Positions 30,007-40,306 of a stretch of DNA of 64,000 nt are shown piece by piece (position 1 is the stretch's first letter; each line of letters begins with the position of its first letter). The notes under the pieces were generated by a model. That model worked only from the letters and a program-made list of their open reading frames with translations, was not told the DNA's origin and ran no database searches. Where the stretch lies: assembly GCA_963725665.1 (NCBI GenBank), contig CAVRZA010000011.1, positions 606,935-670,934 of the forward strand, in the 5' to 3' direction. Source of the stretch: an uncultured Actinomycetes bacterium. Its GTDB lineage: Bacteria > Actinomycetota > Thermoleophilia > UBA2241. A program made the translations under genes and the position numbers.

Positions 30007-31815
30007 TCACGCGCCGACGTAGCGTGTGATGAACTCTACGGTGCGGCGGTCGTAGTCGATGCGGTGCGCGAAGCCGCTGATCTCGTGCCCCTCGTCGGGG
30101 TAGACCACGGCCTCGCACGCGACGTCCCGGGCGCGCACGCGCTCGACGACCTGGCTGATCTGGGTCGGCGGACAGCGCGGGTCGTTGGCGGCGGCCAGCA
30201 GGAGTAGGGGCGCTTTGAGGCAGTCGAGGTGGTTGATGGGCGAGTAGTACTCCAGGCGAGCCCTGTCCTTCTCGTAGTCGCCCGAGTTCTCGCGGTCCCA
30301 CCAGCGCAGGTCCTCGCGCACGGCTTGATCGGTCTGGGCGTCGATGAAGTCGAAGAAGGGCACACCTGCCACACCGCAGCAGAAGAGGTCGGGGAACTGC
30401 GTGAGGCAGGCCATCGTCATGAAACCGCCCCAGCTCCTTCCGGTGACGGCGATCCTGGCCGGGTCGCAGCCCAGCGAGACGAGGAAGGCGTGGGCGCCGG
30501 CGCAGTCCTGTACCTCTCCCTGGCCCACGAGGTAGCGGTTGGCGAGCTGCCAGGTGCGGCCGTAGCCGTCGCTGCCGCGGTAGTTGGGATGGAGAACGAC
30601 AAACCCGGCGTTGACGAAGGCCTGGCGCAGGGGGTCCCACTCGTTGGAGTGGTGCCACGTGGGACCGCCGTGGACGATCACGACTGCTCCCCCGTTGGGT
30701 TGTTCGGGCTCGCACAGCAGCCCCGGTACGTCGGCGAGGCGATCGAGACTGCGGTAGCGCACATGACGTCCCGAGACGAACGGGTAGCCGGCAAGCTCCG
30801 CTGGGAGCGAGAAAGTGAGCTGGGTGACGCTACCGTCGTCGAGATCGATCCGGTAGAGATCGTCGGGGCCGCCGGGGCCGCTGTGGACGACCAGCAGCGC
30901 GTCGCCCGTCGGAGTGAACGCGGGCCGATAGTGGTTGCCCGGGCCGACGTCTAGTGAGCGCAGGGCGCCGGTGGGTATGTCGAGGAGTCGTAGCGACGTC
31001 TCGGCTTCGTGATCGGTCAGAAAGGCGACCAGCGTGCCGTCGGGCGAAAGGGCAGGATGATGCGCGTCGCGGTCGCCCCGCCAGAGCCACGTCACGGCGT
31101 CGCGCTGGACGTCGTAGGCGCCGATCGCGGGATGCTCGAAGGGGCCACCCGAGAAGACCAGGCTGCGTCCGTCGGACGACCAGCAGGGCTGTGACGCCAG
31201 GAAGGCGTCGCTGCCGCCGACGGCGCGCAGCGACGCCGATCCGACGTCGAAAACGAAGACCGCCGTATCTTGCCCCCTGGTGTCGGACTCGAAGGCCAGC
31301 AAGGAGCCGTCGGGTGACCAGAGGGGCGAGTGATCGTTGGCGTAGTGGTCCGTGATGAAGCGGACGTGCGCGGCCTCGGCCTCCGCTTTGGCCGGCATGA
31401 GCGCGGCCTTGTAGCTCTCGCCGTGCTGGGCCGCCAGCGCGATGGTGGACCCGTCGGGGGAGAGGGAGAAGTCGGGCAGGGGCGAGAAGCCTGGGGAGTC
31501 GGGCAGCAGGTTCTCGAGCGCGCCGTCGATGAGTCGGAAGCGGTAGATGTCGTAACACTCACTGCCCTTGTCGTCGCGCGCGAAGTAGACCGAGGTGCGG
31601 TCGGGCGAGAACAAGGGGCAGAGACAGGCGTCGGGCACGTCTACCAGATGCCGCGGCTCGGTCTCGCCGCGGCTGTCGACGGTGTAGACCTGCCAGTCCC
31701 CGTCGCGATACCAGACGAACGCGACCGTCCTGCCGTCGGGAGAGACCGCGAACGGCCTGTAGTCGCTTTCTACGCGCGGTATCGTCGAAAGCCGTTCGAT
31801 GAGCTGTCGACTCAC
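30007..31815 (-). CDS. S9 family serine peptidase (beta-propeller plus alpha/beta hydrolase)
   Basis: WSPDG-type repeats, VHGGP, NYRGSDGYG, GRSWGG, NDPRC, DEGH. Confidence 0.93.
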   Translation of the reverse strand: MSRQLIERLSTIPRVESDYRPFAVSPDGRTVAFVWYRDGDWQVYTVDSRGETEPRHLVDVPDACLCPLFSPDRTSVYFARDDKGSECYDIYRFRLIDGALENLLPDSPGFSPLPDFSLSPDGSTIALAAQHGESYKAALMPAKAEAEAAHVRFITDHYANDHSPLWSPDGSLLAFESDTRGQDTAVFVFDVGSASLRAVGGSDAFLASQPCWSSDGRSLVFSGGPFEHPAIGAYDVQRDAVTWLWRGDRDAHHPALSPDGTLVAFLTDHEAETSLRLLDIPTGALRSLDVGPGNHYRPAFTPTGDALLVVHSGPGGPDDLYRIDLDDGSVTQLTFSLPAELAGYPFVSGRHVRYRSLDRLADVPGLLCEPEQPNGGAVVIVHGGPTWHHSNEWDPLRQAFVNAGFVVLHPNYRGSDGYGRTWQLANRYLVGQGEVQDCAGAHAFLVSLGCDPARIAVTGRSWGGFMTMACLTQFPDLFCCGVAGVPFFDFIDAQTDQAVREDLRWWDRENSGDYEKDRARLEYYSPINHLDCLKAPLLLLAAANDPRCPPTQISQVVERVRARDVACEAVVYPDEGHEISGFAHRIDYDRRTVEFITRYVGA

Positions 31816-32177
31816 GTGCCCTCCGTCTGCTCGGCGCACGCCCCTTTGGGCGTGTCTCCCAGCGACCAACGATATCCGAGCGTGCGGCCGGGCACCAAGC
31901 GCCCCTTCTCTCCACCGTGTGCGTGCCGACCTCCTACCGCGCGCCCGCCGGCCTGCGACTCCGGGTGGATGACGATCGCGGCGCCGGGGGAGCGGCGCCG
32001 CGGGCGGTTCCACCCCAGGTATGACGACAACCCGGGCGCGAGGCTCTAGCATGTGTCGTGCCAAGACGATGTGACGCCCGCGGCGCCGCTCCTCCGGCGC
32101 CCCGTCATCGGACCACGGCCCCCGTTTCTCCTCTCGCGACCACGATCCACCGGTCGACGTCCAGTGGAGGTCCATCC

Positions 32178-32906
32178 ATGCCCGCCGCTTCGCGCCCTCA
32201 GCGATCGCTCCACCCTGCCCCGCAGCCGTGCCCGTCGGGCGCGGCCTCCTACGATCCCTCCACCCCCACCCTCCTCGCACGGGCCGGCGCCTCTCTCCCC
32301 CAGGGCGCCGGCCCACCCTCCCATCGCAACCGCCTGCCGGCGCTGCTCGACGAGCTCGACGAGCTCGTCGCCCCACACGCTCGCCTCGCCGTCGAGCAGC
32401 TCGGCTATCGAGTGCTGCCGGCGCGCGAGATGTCCTCCGGTCCCGGTGCAGCCGCGCCGATGACAGACGGCCTCGCGGCGCGGTTCGTCGGCGCCCATGG
32501 ACTCGACGCCGTCGCCAGCTGCCGCCTCAAACATCGGATCGGGCTCGCGGAGCGGCAGACCGCCTTCACGGTCGTCTACGTCGTGCGCGACGAGGTCGTG
32601 GCCGCGCTGCATCGGTTGCATCACTGCGCCGACGTGGTCGTTGTTCTGCGGCGCACGGCGGCAGGCCCGCAATTCCACCACGTGCCGTGGCCATCGCTCT
32701 TCGAGCACGCGGGGGTGACGGCGCGCGAGGCCGACGTGCTCGCGCTGCTTTTGGCCCGGCGCACCAACGCCGAGATCGCGCAGACACTCGTGGTCTCGCC
32801 GGCCACGGTCAGGGCTCACTGCCGCTCCGTCTTCTGCAAGCTCGGCGCCGGCGGTAGGCGCGATCTCTGGGCGCGCTTCAGTCATCTCGAGGGATGCGTG
32901 GCCTGA
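32178..32906 (+). CDS. LuxR-type HTH transcriptional regulator
   Basis: C-terminal VTAREADVLALL..RTNAEIAQTLVVSPATVRAHCRSVFCKLG. Start uncertain. Confidence 0.8.
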   Translation: MPAASRPQRSLHPAPQPCPSGAASYDPSTPTLLARAGASLPQGAGPPSHRNRLPALLDELDELVAPHARLAVEQLGYRVLPAREMSSGPGAAAPMTDGLAARFVGAHGLDAVASCRLKHRIGLAERQTAFTVVYVVRDEVVAALHRLHHCADVVVVLRRTAAGPQFHHVPWPSLFEHAGVTAREADVLALLLARRTNAEIAQTLVVSPATVRAHCRSVFCKLGAGGRRDLWARFSHLEGCVA

Positions 32907-32986
32907 TGACGGTGATCCTGCAACAGGGCGCCGCGTACCGTGTAGCGCAAGCCCTGGAGTGGTCTGACTTCGGCTACGCCGACCGG

Positions 32987-34483
32987 CTACGGCTGGATGT
33001 GGATGGGCATGCCCACGGCGACCAAGGCGAACATGTTCTCGACATCCCACATATGCATGCGGATGCAGCCGTGTGAGGCGTGGGTGCCGATCGAGTAGTC
33101 GGAGGGGGTGCCGTGTATGCCCACGCCGGGTGCGCTGGTGCCGATCCAGCGCGTGCCGACGGGATTGCCGGGACCCGGCGGGATGGGCTCGAGCCCTGTG
33201 GCCCAGGGCGAATCGGGCGGGATCCACGTGGGGTTCATGATCATCGACACGATGTAGTAGTCGCCCGTCGGCGTCGGATAGGCTGGCTGGCCGACCGCGA
33301 CGGCGTAGGTCTTGACGAGCTTGCCATCCTTGTAGAGGTAGAGGCGGCACTCCGAGAGGTCGACCACGATGCGTCCACTCAGGGCGCCCACCACCCGCGG
33401 TCCCACGACGCCATCGGGCTCCATGGCCATGCGCGTCTCGAACCGCTTGACGGCCTTCAGGGTCGCGGCGTCGAGCACGCCCGTCGTCTTGCGGTGCAAA
33501 AACCCCGCCTTGCGCAACTTGCGCTGCAGCTCGCGTACGTCCTTGCCCCTGGCACCGGCCGTAAGGGTGGCGTCACCGAGCTTCTCGGTCGTGTCCACCA
33601 GCACGTTCTGCTCGCTCGTGGCGACGTTGTGGCCAGAGTCGACCGCGACGACGGTGATCGAGTGCTCGCCGTCCGTCAGGTGCTCGAGGCGGACCTTTAT
33701 GGGGCGCCGGCCCGAGCGGCGCAGCACAGCTTCGCCGTCGACGCGAACGGTGACTCGCGGTGCCTTCACCGGGTCGCTCGCCGTGACTCTCAGCAGCGGT
33801 GTGTTGGTGCGCAGCGTCGCAGGCAGCTCGACTACGAAGAGCTCGGGGGGGTGGGCGTCGACGGTGAGCATCGCGGCGAGGTCGGTGGCATTGCCGGCCG
33901 CGTCGCTCGAGACGACGCGCAGGCGGTCGCTGCCGTCGCGCGCGTCGAGCGCCACGCTGAAGCGGCCGTCGGGGCCAGCCGTCGTCGCTGCAGTCGCCGG
34001 TCCGCGAGCGACCGAGACCTCGGCGCCGGCTTCGGTCTCTCCGCCGACAACGAGGGGCGACGAGGTGGCCACGCGGGCGAAGGCCGGAGTCGTGACCGTG
34101 AGCGGCGGGGCGACCGTGTCCACGGTGAAGCGCCACGTCTTGCTCACTCGCCGGCTGAAGACGTTGAGGCTCGTGCCGGTGAAGCGCACAATGTGGCTGC
34201 CGTCGCCCAGTGGGCCGGTGCTTAGCGTGACCTGGTCGCCGTCCCGGCCGATCCCCGACACGGGCGTGCCGTCTACGGTGATCTCGACTTCGCGCAAACG
34301 ATCGAGGCCGGGGATCCTGACGCTCACCGCCACGGTCGAGTCGCGCGTGTAGGCGCCCGATGAGGGCGTCACGGCCGAGATGCGCGGCGCGGTGACCAGC
34401 TCGTAGGCCGCGAAGGCGGCGAGAGCCAGCGCAGCGGTCAGCGCGATGAACAGGTAGCGATGTCGGGCGAAACCGGCGGCCAT
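32987..34483 (-). CDS. L,D-transpeptidase with Ig-like and peptidoglycan-binding domains
   Basis: IGIHGT-like ..SHGCIRM catalytic motif, PTPTG, PG-binding GKDVRELQRKL..DGVVGP, N-terminal TM. Confidence 0.93.
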   Translation of the reverse strand: MAAGFARHRYLFIALTAALALAAFAAYELVTAPRISAVTPSSGAYTRDSTVAVSVRIPGLDRLREVEITVDGTPVSGIGRDGDQVTLSTGPLGDGSHIVRFTGTSLNVFSRRVSKTWRFTVDTVAPPLTVTTPAFARVATSSPLVVGGETEAGAEVSVARGPATAATTAGPDGRFSVALDARDGSDRLRVVSSDAAGNATDLAAMLTVDAHPPELFVVELPATLRTNTPLLRVTASDPVKAPRVTVRVDGEAVLRRSGRRPIKVRLEHLTDGEHSITVVAVDSGHNVATSEQNVLVDTTEKLGDATLTAGARGKDVRELQRKLRKAGFLHRKTTGVLDAATLKAVKRFETRMAMEPDGVVGPRVVGALSGRIVVDLSECRLYLYKDGKLVKTYAVAVGQPAYPTPTGDYYIVSMIMNPTWIPPDSPWATGLEPIPPGPGNPVGTRWIGTSAPGVGIHGTPSDYSIGTHASHGCIRMHMWDVENMFALVAVGMPIHIQP

Positions 34484-34604
34484 AAGTCCAGTATCGGCAC
34501 GGGCAGGTCGCTGCTAAGGATACAGGATGCGTACCTTTAGACGCCCGGTCTCATCGTTTGGTTGCCGGGGGAGGAAAGCGAGCGCACGCGCCTAAAGGGA
34601 GTAT

Positions 34605-35378
34605 ATGGAGGACTCCGTACTGCGACGCCTTCTCGACGAACTCGCCGCCGGGCGCTGCTCGGTCGACGAGGTCGTCGCCGACCTAGAGCGGCACGGCCTG
34701 AGTGAGGTCGGCGACTTCGCGCGCCTCGACCTTGGCAGGCGCCGGCGCACTGGCGTCCCTGAGATCGTCTTCGCCGCCGGCAAGTCGGTCGATCAGCTCG
34801 CGGCGATCGTCGCAGCCTTTCTCGAGCATGCCGACTCGGTGCTTTGCAGCAAGGCCAGCCCTGAGCAACACGAAGCCGTTGTCGCTGCGGCTCTTGGTGA
34901 GGCCGAGTACGACCCGCGCTCCCACGTGCTCGTGGTCCGGCGGCGAGGCGCGACGAGGCCCGAGACCTCGGGCCTCGTCGGTGTTCTCGCCGCCGGCACC
35001 GCCGACGTGGGCGTCGCCGAGGAGGCGGCAGCCGTGTGCCGGGAGATGGGCGTCGCGGTGGCGACGGCCTACGACGTCGGCGTCGCCGGCGTGCACCGTC
35101 TGTCGCGTCCGCTCGGCGATATGGTCGCGCGCGGCGCCGCGGCAGTGGTCGTCGCGGCGGGGATGGAAGGAGCTCTGCCCTCAGTCGTGTCGGGGCTCGT
35201 GGGCGTTCCTGTGATCGGATTGCCGACGTCGACCGGCTACGGCATGGGCGGCAAGGGGGAGGCGGCCTTGCTCGCCATGCTGCAGAGTTGCTCGCCGGGC
35301 CTCGTTGTCGTCAACATAGACAACGGTGTCGGAGCGGGAGTCACGGCCGCTCTCATCGCACGAGGGAGGGAGCCATGA
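34605..35378 (+). CDS. larB: Nickel-pincer cofactor biosynthesis carboxylase LarB (PurE-like)
   Basis: RRRRTGVPEIVF, AGTADVGVAEE, DVGVAGVHRL, AGMEGALPSVV, PTSTGYG, VNIDNG. Confidence 0.9.
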   Translation: MEDSVLRRLLDELAAGRCSVDEVVADLERHGLSEVGDFARLDLGRRRRTGVPEIVFAAGKSVDQLAAIVAAFLEHADSVLCSKASPEQHEAVVAAALGEAEYDPRSHVLVVRRRGATRPETSGLVGVLAAGTADVGVAEEAAAVCREMGVAVATAYDVGVAGVHRLSRPLGDMVARGAAAVVVAAGMEGALPSVVSGLVGVPVIGLPTSTGYGMGGKGEAALLAMLQSCSPGLVVVNIDNGVGAGVTAALIARGREP

Positions 35379-35830
35379 CTGACCTCGCGTTCGTCTTTCG
35401 CGATCGGCGCGACGAGGTGACGCGCCGCTGGACGGCCTATCTCGAGAGCGCCGTCAGCGACGACTACCGCGAGGTCCTCGAGAGCCCCATCGGCGCGCGG
35501 TTGGTGCGTAAGACGCTCGAAGACCTCCTGTCGTACAACGATGCCGAGGACTACCAGGCGGCAGCCGCGCTGCGCCAGATCGGCGATGAGGCCGCCGTCG
35601 AAGCCGGGCGCCGCGCGACTCTCGGCTTCGAGCTCACAGATCTCCTCTCGGCCCGGCAGGCATTACGCGCGGCCCTCTGGGACGTGCTTCTCGACGCCCT
35701 TGTGATCGGCGACCTGCCGTCACCGGGTGAGACGCTGGAGCAGATGAAGCGTATCGACCACTTCCTCGACGCCCTCATGCTCGCGGAGGTCGGTGGGTAC
35801 CTCGCGGGCCGAGCCGACGACGCCGGCTGA
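35375..35830 (+). CDS. RsbRD N-terminal-like helical domain protein
   Basis: ATGA overlap with larB. RDEVTRRW...GRRATLGFELTDL pattern. Confidence 0.6.
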   Translation: MTDLAFVFRDRRDEVTRRWTAYLESAVSDDYREVLESPIGARLVRKTLEDLLSYNDAEDYQAAAALRQIGDEAAVEAGRRATLGFELTDLLSARQALRAALWDVLLDALVIGDLPSPGETLEQMKRIDHFLDALMLAEVGGYLAGRADDAG

Positions 35831-35981
35831 CGAAGAAGGGTCGGCGGCCGCCGGTCGGGAAGGAGGGCGGCCTAGCCGCCGGCGGGGTCGACCGGGCATC
35901 GGGTGGACCGAGCGCCCGCCTGCCGCTACCCTCTCATCAAGGACCAGCGCGGCCGAGAGCTGGCCATGGGGGAGGTACAGC

Positions 35982-37259
35982 GTGAGGAGCGGGAACGAGC
36001 GACGCCGTCTGGGGCTGGGGGGCGTGCTCCTCTGCCTTCTGCTGGGGGTGCTGCTCGCGACGCCTGCCGTCGCGTCGGCGACCATCCAGACACGGATCAC
36101 ATCGATCCTGAACGCCTATCACCTCGCGGGCTCGAGTACCGGGGTGCGCGTGTTCGATCTCGATGCGGGGCGCGCCGTCTACGCGCGCAACCTGAAGGCG
36201 CGGCTGCGCCCTGCCTCCAACATGAAGCTCGTCACGTCCGCGACGGCGCTTGCCAGATGGGGGCCCGACTACGTGTTCAAGACGGAGCTCTACGTTGGCC
36301 GTGGAGGACCGGATGCGAACGGGATCGTGCATGGCAACGTCTACCTCAAGGGCTACGGCGACCCCAGCCTCTCGACACCCTGGTTCCAGCGCAACGTCCT
36401 GCACATCACCACCTCGAGCGTCACCCACTTCGTGACGGCGCTGCAGACTCTCGGGGTCACGAAGATCGCGGGGCACGTGGTCGGCGACGACAGCTACTTC
36501 GACGCGCAGCGAGCGGTCAGCAACTGGCGGCCAGGCATGACCGAGTGGTGCGGGCCGCTCTCGGCGCTGTCGGTCAACGAGGGCTACAACAAGGGCAGCC
36601 GCGTGGGGAACCCTCCCTTGTTCGCCGCACGTACGGTGACCCGCCTCCTCGAAGAGGCCGGCATCGACGTCACCGGCGGGCCGTGGGCGCGCGGGGTATC
36701 GAGCACAGCGACCCTGGCCTACACGGAGTACTCGGCGCCGCTCGCCGTCATCGTTGCGGCTATGAACAAGCCAAGCGACAACTTCTTCGCCGAGGAGCTG
36801 ACGAAAGGGCTGGGCAAGGCGTTCGGTCGCGGAGGGACGACGGCGGCCGGCACGGAGGTCTCGAGCGCCTTCCTGCGCTCGCTGGGCGTGCCGACGTCGG
36901 ACTTCCGTTTGAGGGATGGGTCGGGGCTGAGCTACGAAGACTGGCTGACGGCCCGCTGCGTCAGCGTGCTGCTGCGCAAGGCGGCTGGTAGCGAGTGGTT
37001 TCTCTACTACCGCGGCTCTCTGCCGATAGCGGGCCGTGACGGCACCCTGAAGGACCGCATGCGCGGCACCGCGGCCCAGGGCAACGTGAGGGCCAAGACG
37101 GGGACCCTCAACGTCTCGAGCTGTCTCTCGGGCTATGTGACCAACGCGAAGGGACGGAGCCTGGTCTTCTCGCTCCTTATGAACGGCTCGCCTCTGAACA
37201 TCGACGCGGCCCACCACGCCCAAGACGCGATCGGGGTCGCGCTGGCCAAGTCCCAGTAG
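35982..37259 (+). CDS. dacB: D-Ala-D-Ala carboxypeptidase/endopeptidase (PBP4, S13)
   Basis: PASNMK (SxxK), SDNFFAE (SxN), AKTGTL (KTG), DGSGLS. GGAGG before GTG. Confidence 0.93.
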   Translation: MRSGNERRRLGLGGVLLCLLLGVLLATPAVASATIQTRITSILNAYHLAGSSTGVRVFDLDAGRAVYARNLKARLRPASNMKLVTSATALARWGPDYVFKTELYVGRGGPDANGIVHGNVYLKGYGDPSLSTPWFQRNVLHITTSSVTHFVTALQTLGVTKIAGHVVGDDSYFDAQRAVSNWRPGMTEWCGPLSALSVNEGYNKGSRVGNPPLFAARTVTRLLEEAGIDVTGGPWARGVSSTATLAYTEYSAPLAVIVAAMNKPSDNFFAEELTKGLGKAFGRGGTTAAGTEVSSAFLRSLGVPTSDFRLRDGSGLSYEDWLTARCVSVLLRKAAGSEWFLYYRGSLPIAGRDGTLKDRMRGTAAQGNVRAKTGTLNVSSCLSGYVTNAKGRSLVFSLLMNGSPLNIDAAHHAQDAIGVALAKSQ

Positions 37260-37325
37260 TCGCAGCGGCGCCGGCGGCGGAGCGAAAGCTCGATAGCCCG
37301 GCGCCGTTCTACCGTCGCGAGAGCC

Positions 37326-38246
37326 TCACGTCCACCGGCGGCGCACCCACCCTACGACGTCACGCGCAGTGCGCCGCCACGACGCCTGCGAGTCGCGTTG
37401 GGCCGTGGCGACGGCCTCGTCGAGGGCAGCCGTCTCGCGGCCGTCGTCCAACGGCCGCACGACGGCCGCCCCCAGCCCGGCGTGCTCTGCCGCGATCGTC
37501 AACATATGGTCGGCGAGCCAGGCGTTTCGGGGCAGCACCGGGCCGTGGAGGTAGGTGGCGAAGACGGTCCCCGCCCGCGCTCCCTCCGTGCCGTCTTCGC
37601 CGTTGTTGCCGTGACCGACGAGCACTCTCCCGAGCGGTTCGAGCTCGCCGAGGTAGGTGCGGCCGCCGTGGTTCTCGAAGCCGGCCAGGCGTTCCACGCG
37701 CCCGCCAACGGAAGCCTCGGCGACGACGTTGCCGATGAAGCGGTCGCGGCGCGCCACGGTCTCCAGGTCGAGGAGGCCGAGGCCCTTGATCTCGCTCCCG
37801 TCGGCGGCCACGTAGCGACGGCCGAAGAGCTGCAACCCGGCGCACACGGCGAGCACCGCGGCGCCGCCTTGGGCGACCTCCTCGAGCCAACGGCGGCGGG
37901 CGCGGAGGTCGTCGCCGATGGCGTTCTGGACGCGGTCCTGCCCGCCGCCGACGAAGAGGAGGTCGCAGGCGGCCGGCGCCGCCTGGCCCAGCTCGACCTC
38001 GTCCCAGTGGAGCGGGATGCCGCGCCATTCCGCGCGGCGGCTCAAGGTGATCACGTTGCCGCGGTCGCCGTAGGTGTTCATGGTCGTGGGGTAGAGGTGC
38101 ACGGCGTGGATGGCGCCGTCGGGCGCGACGCCGTCCGCGCGGCCGTGCTTCGCGTCGCGCCTGTTGTAGCCTGAGCCGACTCCGCCCGCACCGCCGCCGC
38201 CCATCGCGCCGCCCACGCCGCCGATCGCGCCGCCCACGCCGCCCAT
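37326..38246 (-). CDS. gatD: Lipid II isoglutaminyl synthase glutaminase subunit (CobQ-like)
   Basis: MNTYGDRGN, GGGQD, AVCAGLQL, GFENHGG, TYLHGP. Adjacent to murT. Confidence 0.9.
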   Translation of the reverse strand: MGGVGGAIGGVGGAMGGGGAGGVGSGYNRRDAKHGRADGVAPDGAIHAVHLYPTTMNTYGDRGNVITLSRRAEWRGIPLHWDEVELGQAAPAACDLLFVGGGQDRVQNAIGDDLRARRRWLEEVAQGGAAVLAVCAGLQLFGRRYVAADGSEIKGLGLLDLETVARRDRFIGNVVAEASVGGRVERLAGFENHGGRTYLGELEPLGRVLVGHGNNGEDGTEGARAGTVFATYLHGPVLPRNAWLADHMLTIAAEHAGLGAAVVRPLDDGRETAALDEAVATAQRDSQASWRRTARDVVGWVRRRWT

Positions 38247-38250
38247 CCTC

Positions 38251-39645
38251 CTACCCGGCTCGCCGTTCGGCGGCCAGGGTGACGCGCACCTCTTCGAGCG
38301 CCGTGTAGGTCGGCAGCACGTCGATATCGCGGTGACCCCGCTCGAGCGCCAGCGCGAGGCCGTCCTCGAGGCGCGCGGTGCTGAACAGCCGTTCCTCGTC
38401 GACGCCGGCGTACTTGAGCCGCAGCGCCATGCCGGCCTCGCGCTGTCCGCAGGCCACCACAGTCCGCGCCGATGGCAGCAGGCTCTCGAGGTCTGCGTCC
38501 CAGATCCATGAGATGTCGCGGCCGTCGGCGACGTTGTCGTTGAGCACGAAGACGAGCGCGCGGTCGCCCTGTTGCGCCGCCAGGGTGCGCAGGGTCTGGT
38601 TCATCCCCGCGGGGTTCTTCACTAGGCCGACGCGCACCGTGGCGCCGCGATAGGTGTAGGAGCTGGCGCGGCCGAAGACCGGTCGGTAGGTCGACAGGTC
38701 GGCGAGAGCCGTCGGCAGCGGCACGCCCAGCCTCCCGACGAGCCCGCAGGCGGCGAGCGCGTTGTAGACGGAGTGCATCCCGGGCACCGTGAGCGAGAGC
38801 TTGCAGCGCTCCTCCGGCGCGGGCGAGCCGTGGACGAGCGCGCTCACCTGGGCTGAGGAGAGGAGCAGATCGCGTGCCTCGAGGTCACGCGGGGGCCGTG
38901 CGAAGTCGCAGCGCCGGCAGCCGTAGTCTCCGAACTGCGACAGCCAGCGGGTGCGGTAGACGAGGAGCTCGCCGCAGGCCGGGCAGACGACGGCGTCGCT
39001 GACCTCGCGGTCTGGGACCGACGCCGTCGTCTCGCCGGGTTCGAGGCCGTAATACAGCGTCTCGAGACCCGACGAGCGGGCGACGTGGGCCACGAGCGGG
39101 TCGTCGGCGTTTGCGACCAGCACGGTGCCCTCGAGCTGGCGCAGGGCGTCGAGCCAGCCTTCGGCTAGCCGGTCCACCTCGCCGTAGCGGTCAAGTTGGT
39201 CGCGGAAGAGGTTTGTGAGCACGACGACCCGGGGCGCGCCCAGCGCCGCGACCGCGCGTGGCACGATGGCCTCGTCGGCTTCAAGCAAGGCGAGGGACGC
39301 ACGCCCCTGGGCGGCGAACGCGGAGGCGATGCCCGAGAGCAAGTTGGCGCCCTCGACGTTGTGGACCAGCGAGCGGCCGCGGGCGCGCAGCACGTGGGCC
39401 GCCATCGCCGCCGTCGTCGTCTTGCCGTTGGTGCCCGTGACGAGGACGAACCCCTCGGGCAGCTCGGCGGCGCGGTCGTGCAGGAAGCTGGCCGAGATCA
39501 GGTTGGCCACCTTGCCCGGCAGGGTGCTGCCCCGGCCCGAGCCCGTCGCCTTGATGGCAGTCGCGGCGCCCTTAGCGGCGGCCTGCGCTACTCTGTCTCT
39601 CATCGTCGGCATCGTCTGTGACGGCGCTTGGGGCGCCGCCGCCAT
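38251..39645 (-). CDS. murT: Lipid II isoglutaminyl synthase MurT subunit
   Basis: TGTNGKTTT, NLFRDQLDRYGE, CPAC..CRRC zinc finger, KNPAG, DGRDISWIWD. Confidence 0.93.
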   Translation of the reverse strand: MAAAPQAPSQTMPTMRDRVAQAAAKGAATAIKATGSGRGSTLPGKVANLISASFLHDRAAELPEGFVLVTGTNGKTTTAAMAAHVLRARGRSLVHNVEGANLLSGIASAFAAQGRASLALLEADEAIVPRAVAALGAPRVVVLTNLFRDQLDRYGEVDRLAEGWLDALRQLEGTVLVANADDPLVAHVARSSGLETLYYGLEPGETTASVPDREVSDAVVCPACGELLVYRTRWLSQFGDYGCRRCDFARPPRDLEARDLLLSSAQVSALVHGSPAPEERCKLSLTVPGMHSVYNALAACGLVGRLGVPLPTALADLSTYRPVFGRASSYTYRGATVRVGLVKNPAGMNQTLRTLAAQQGDRALVFVLNDNVADGRDISWIWDADLESLLPSARTVVACGQREAGMALRLKYAGVDEERLFSTARLEDGLALALERGHRDIDVLPTYTALEEVRVTLAAERRAG

Positions 39646-40138
39646 AGTCTCTCACGAACGGAGGAACGCCCCCAGGGCGACGGATTCCTTGCAGGCTGAA
39701 GACCGGCGGCGGCGTGTGCAGGCGGGCCGCCGTGACGCCGGGAACGAACGGCTCTTCTTCCGGTAGCCGGTATCCGACACGCCGGTATCCGACACGGCTG
39801 AGGGGCTGGCCGACTCGGTGGGTAGGGGATTCACTCGAGAGTGTGTGGGAAGCAAGGCCAGCCCCTCACGTACCCGGCGGGCTGCTGGGAGTTGTCACAG
39901 GCGACCAGCCCGCCGCGCCGCCTGCGCATCTCCGTGTTTGTGCATCCTCAGATGGTCCCACCCCAGTCCGGACGTGTGCGCGTTTCCGTCACACGACACT
40001 TGTCCACGCCTTGAAGTGGGGAAACCGCCGTGCCGCTGGAGCGGCGCGAGGCGAGGCGCGGCGAGGCGAGGGCGGCGCGAGGCGAGGCGCGGCGGGGGCA
40101 TACGCATCGAGGAACCCGCCGCGCCTCGTCTCGCGCCG

Positions 40139-40306
40139 CCGGACGCGCTCCTCGCGTCGTACCCACCACGCGGAGCGCTCGTCGTCGGCGAAGTGAGGCA
40201 GTCGGTCGGGCCAGGTGCATCGCCGGCGTCGGCGCTCCCAAGGAGCCCGTCCTCCTCCCTATCGGTTCAAGTGACGGGTTCGATTAGAGGAATGGGCGCG
40301 CCTCGG
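40139..40306. ncRNA. Candidate structured non-coding RNA (rod-shaped, 6S-like topology)
   Basis: Ends pair (GACGCGC/GCGCGCC, TCCTC/GAGGA, TCGTACCC/GGGTTCGA) around an inner ~18-bp stem GGAGCGCTCGTCGTCGGCGA/TCGCCGGCGTCGGCGCTCC. No credible ORF. Family not established. Confidence 0.4.

Noticed and set aside
34605-35378. purE
   Set aside because: It has the LarB-specific N-terminal extension and the DVGVAG and GMEGAL motifs, and lacks the PurE SAHR motif.
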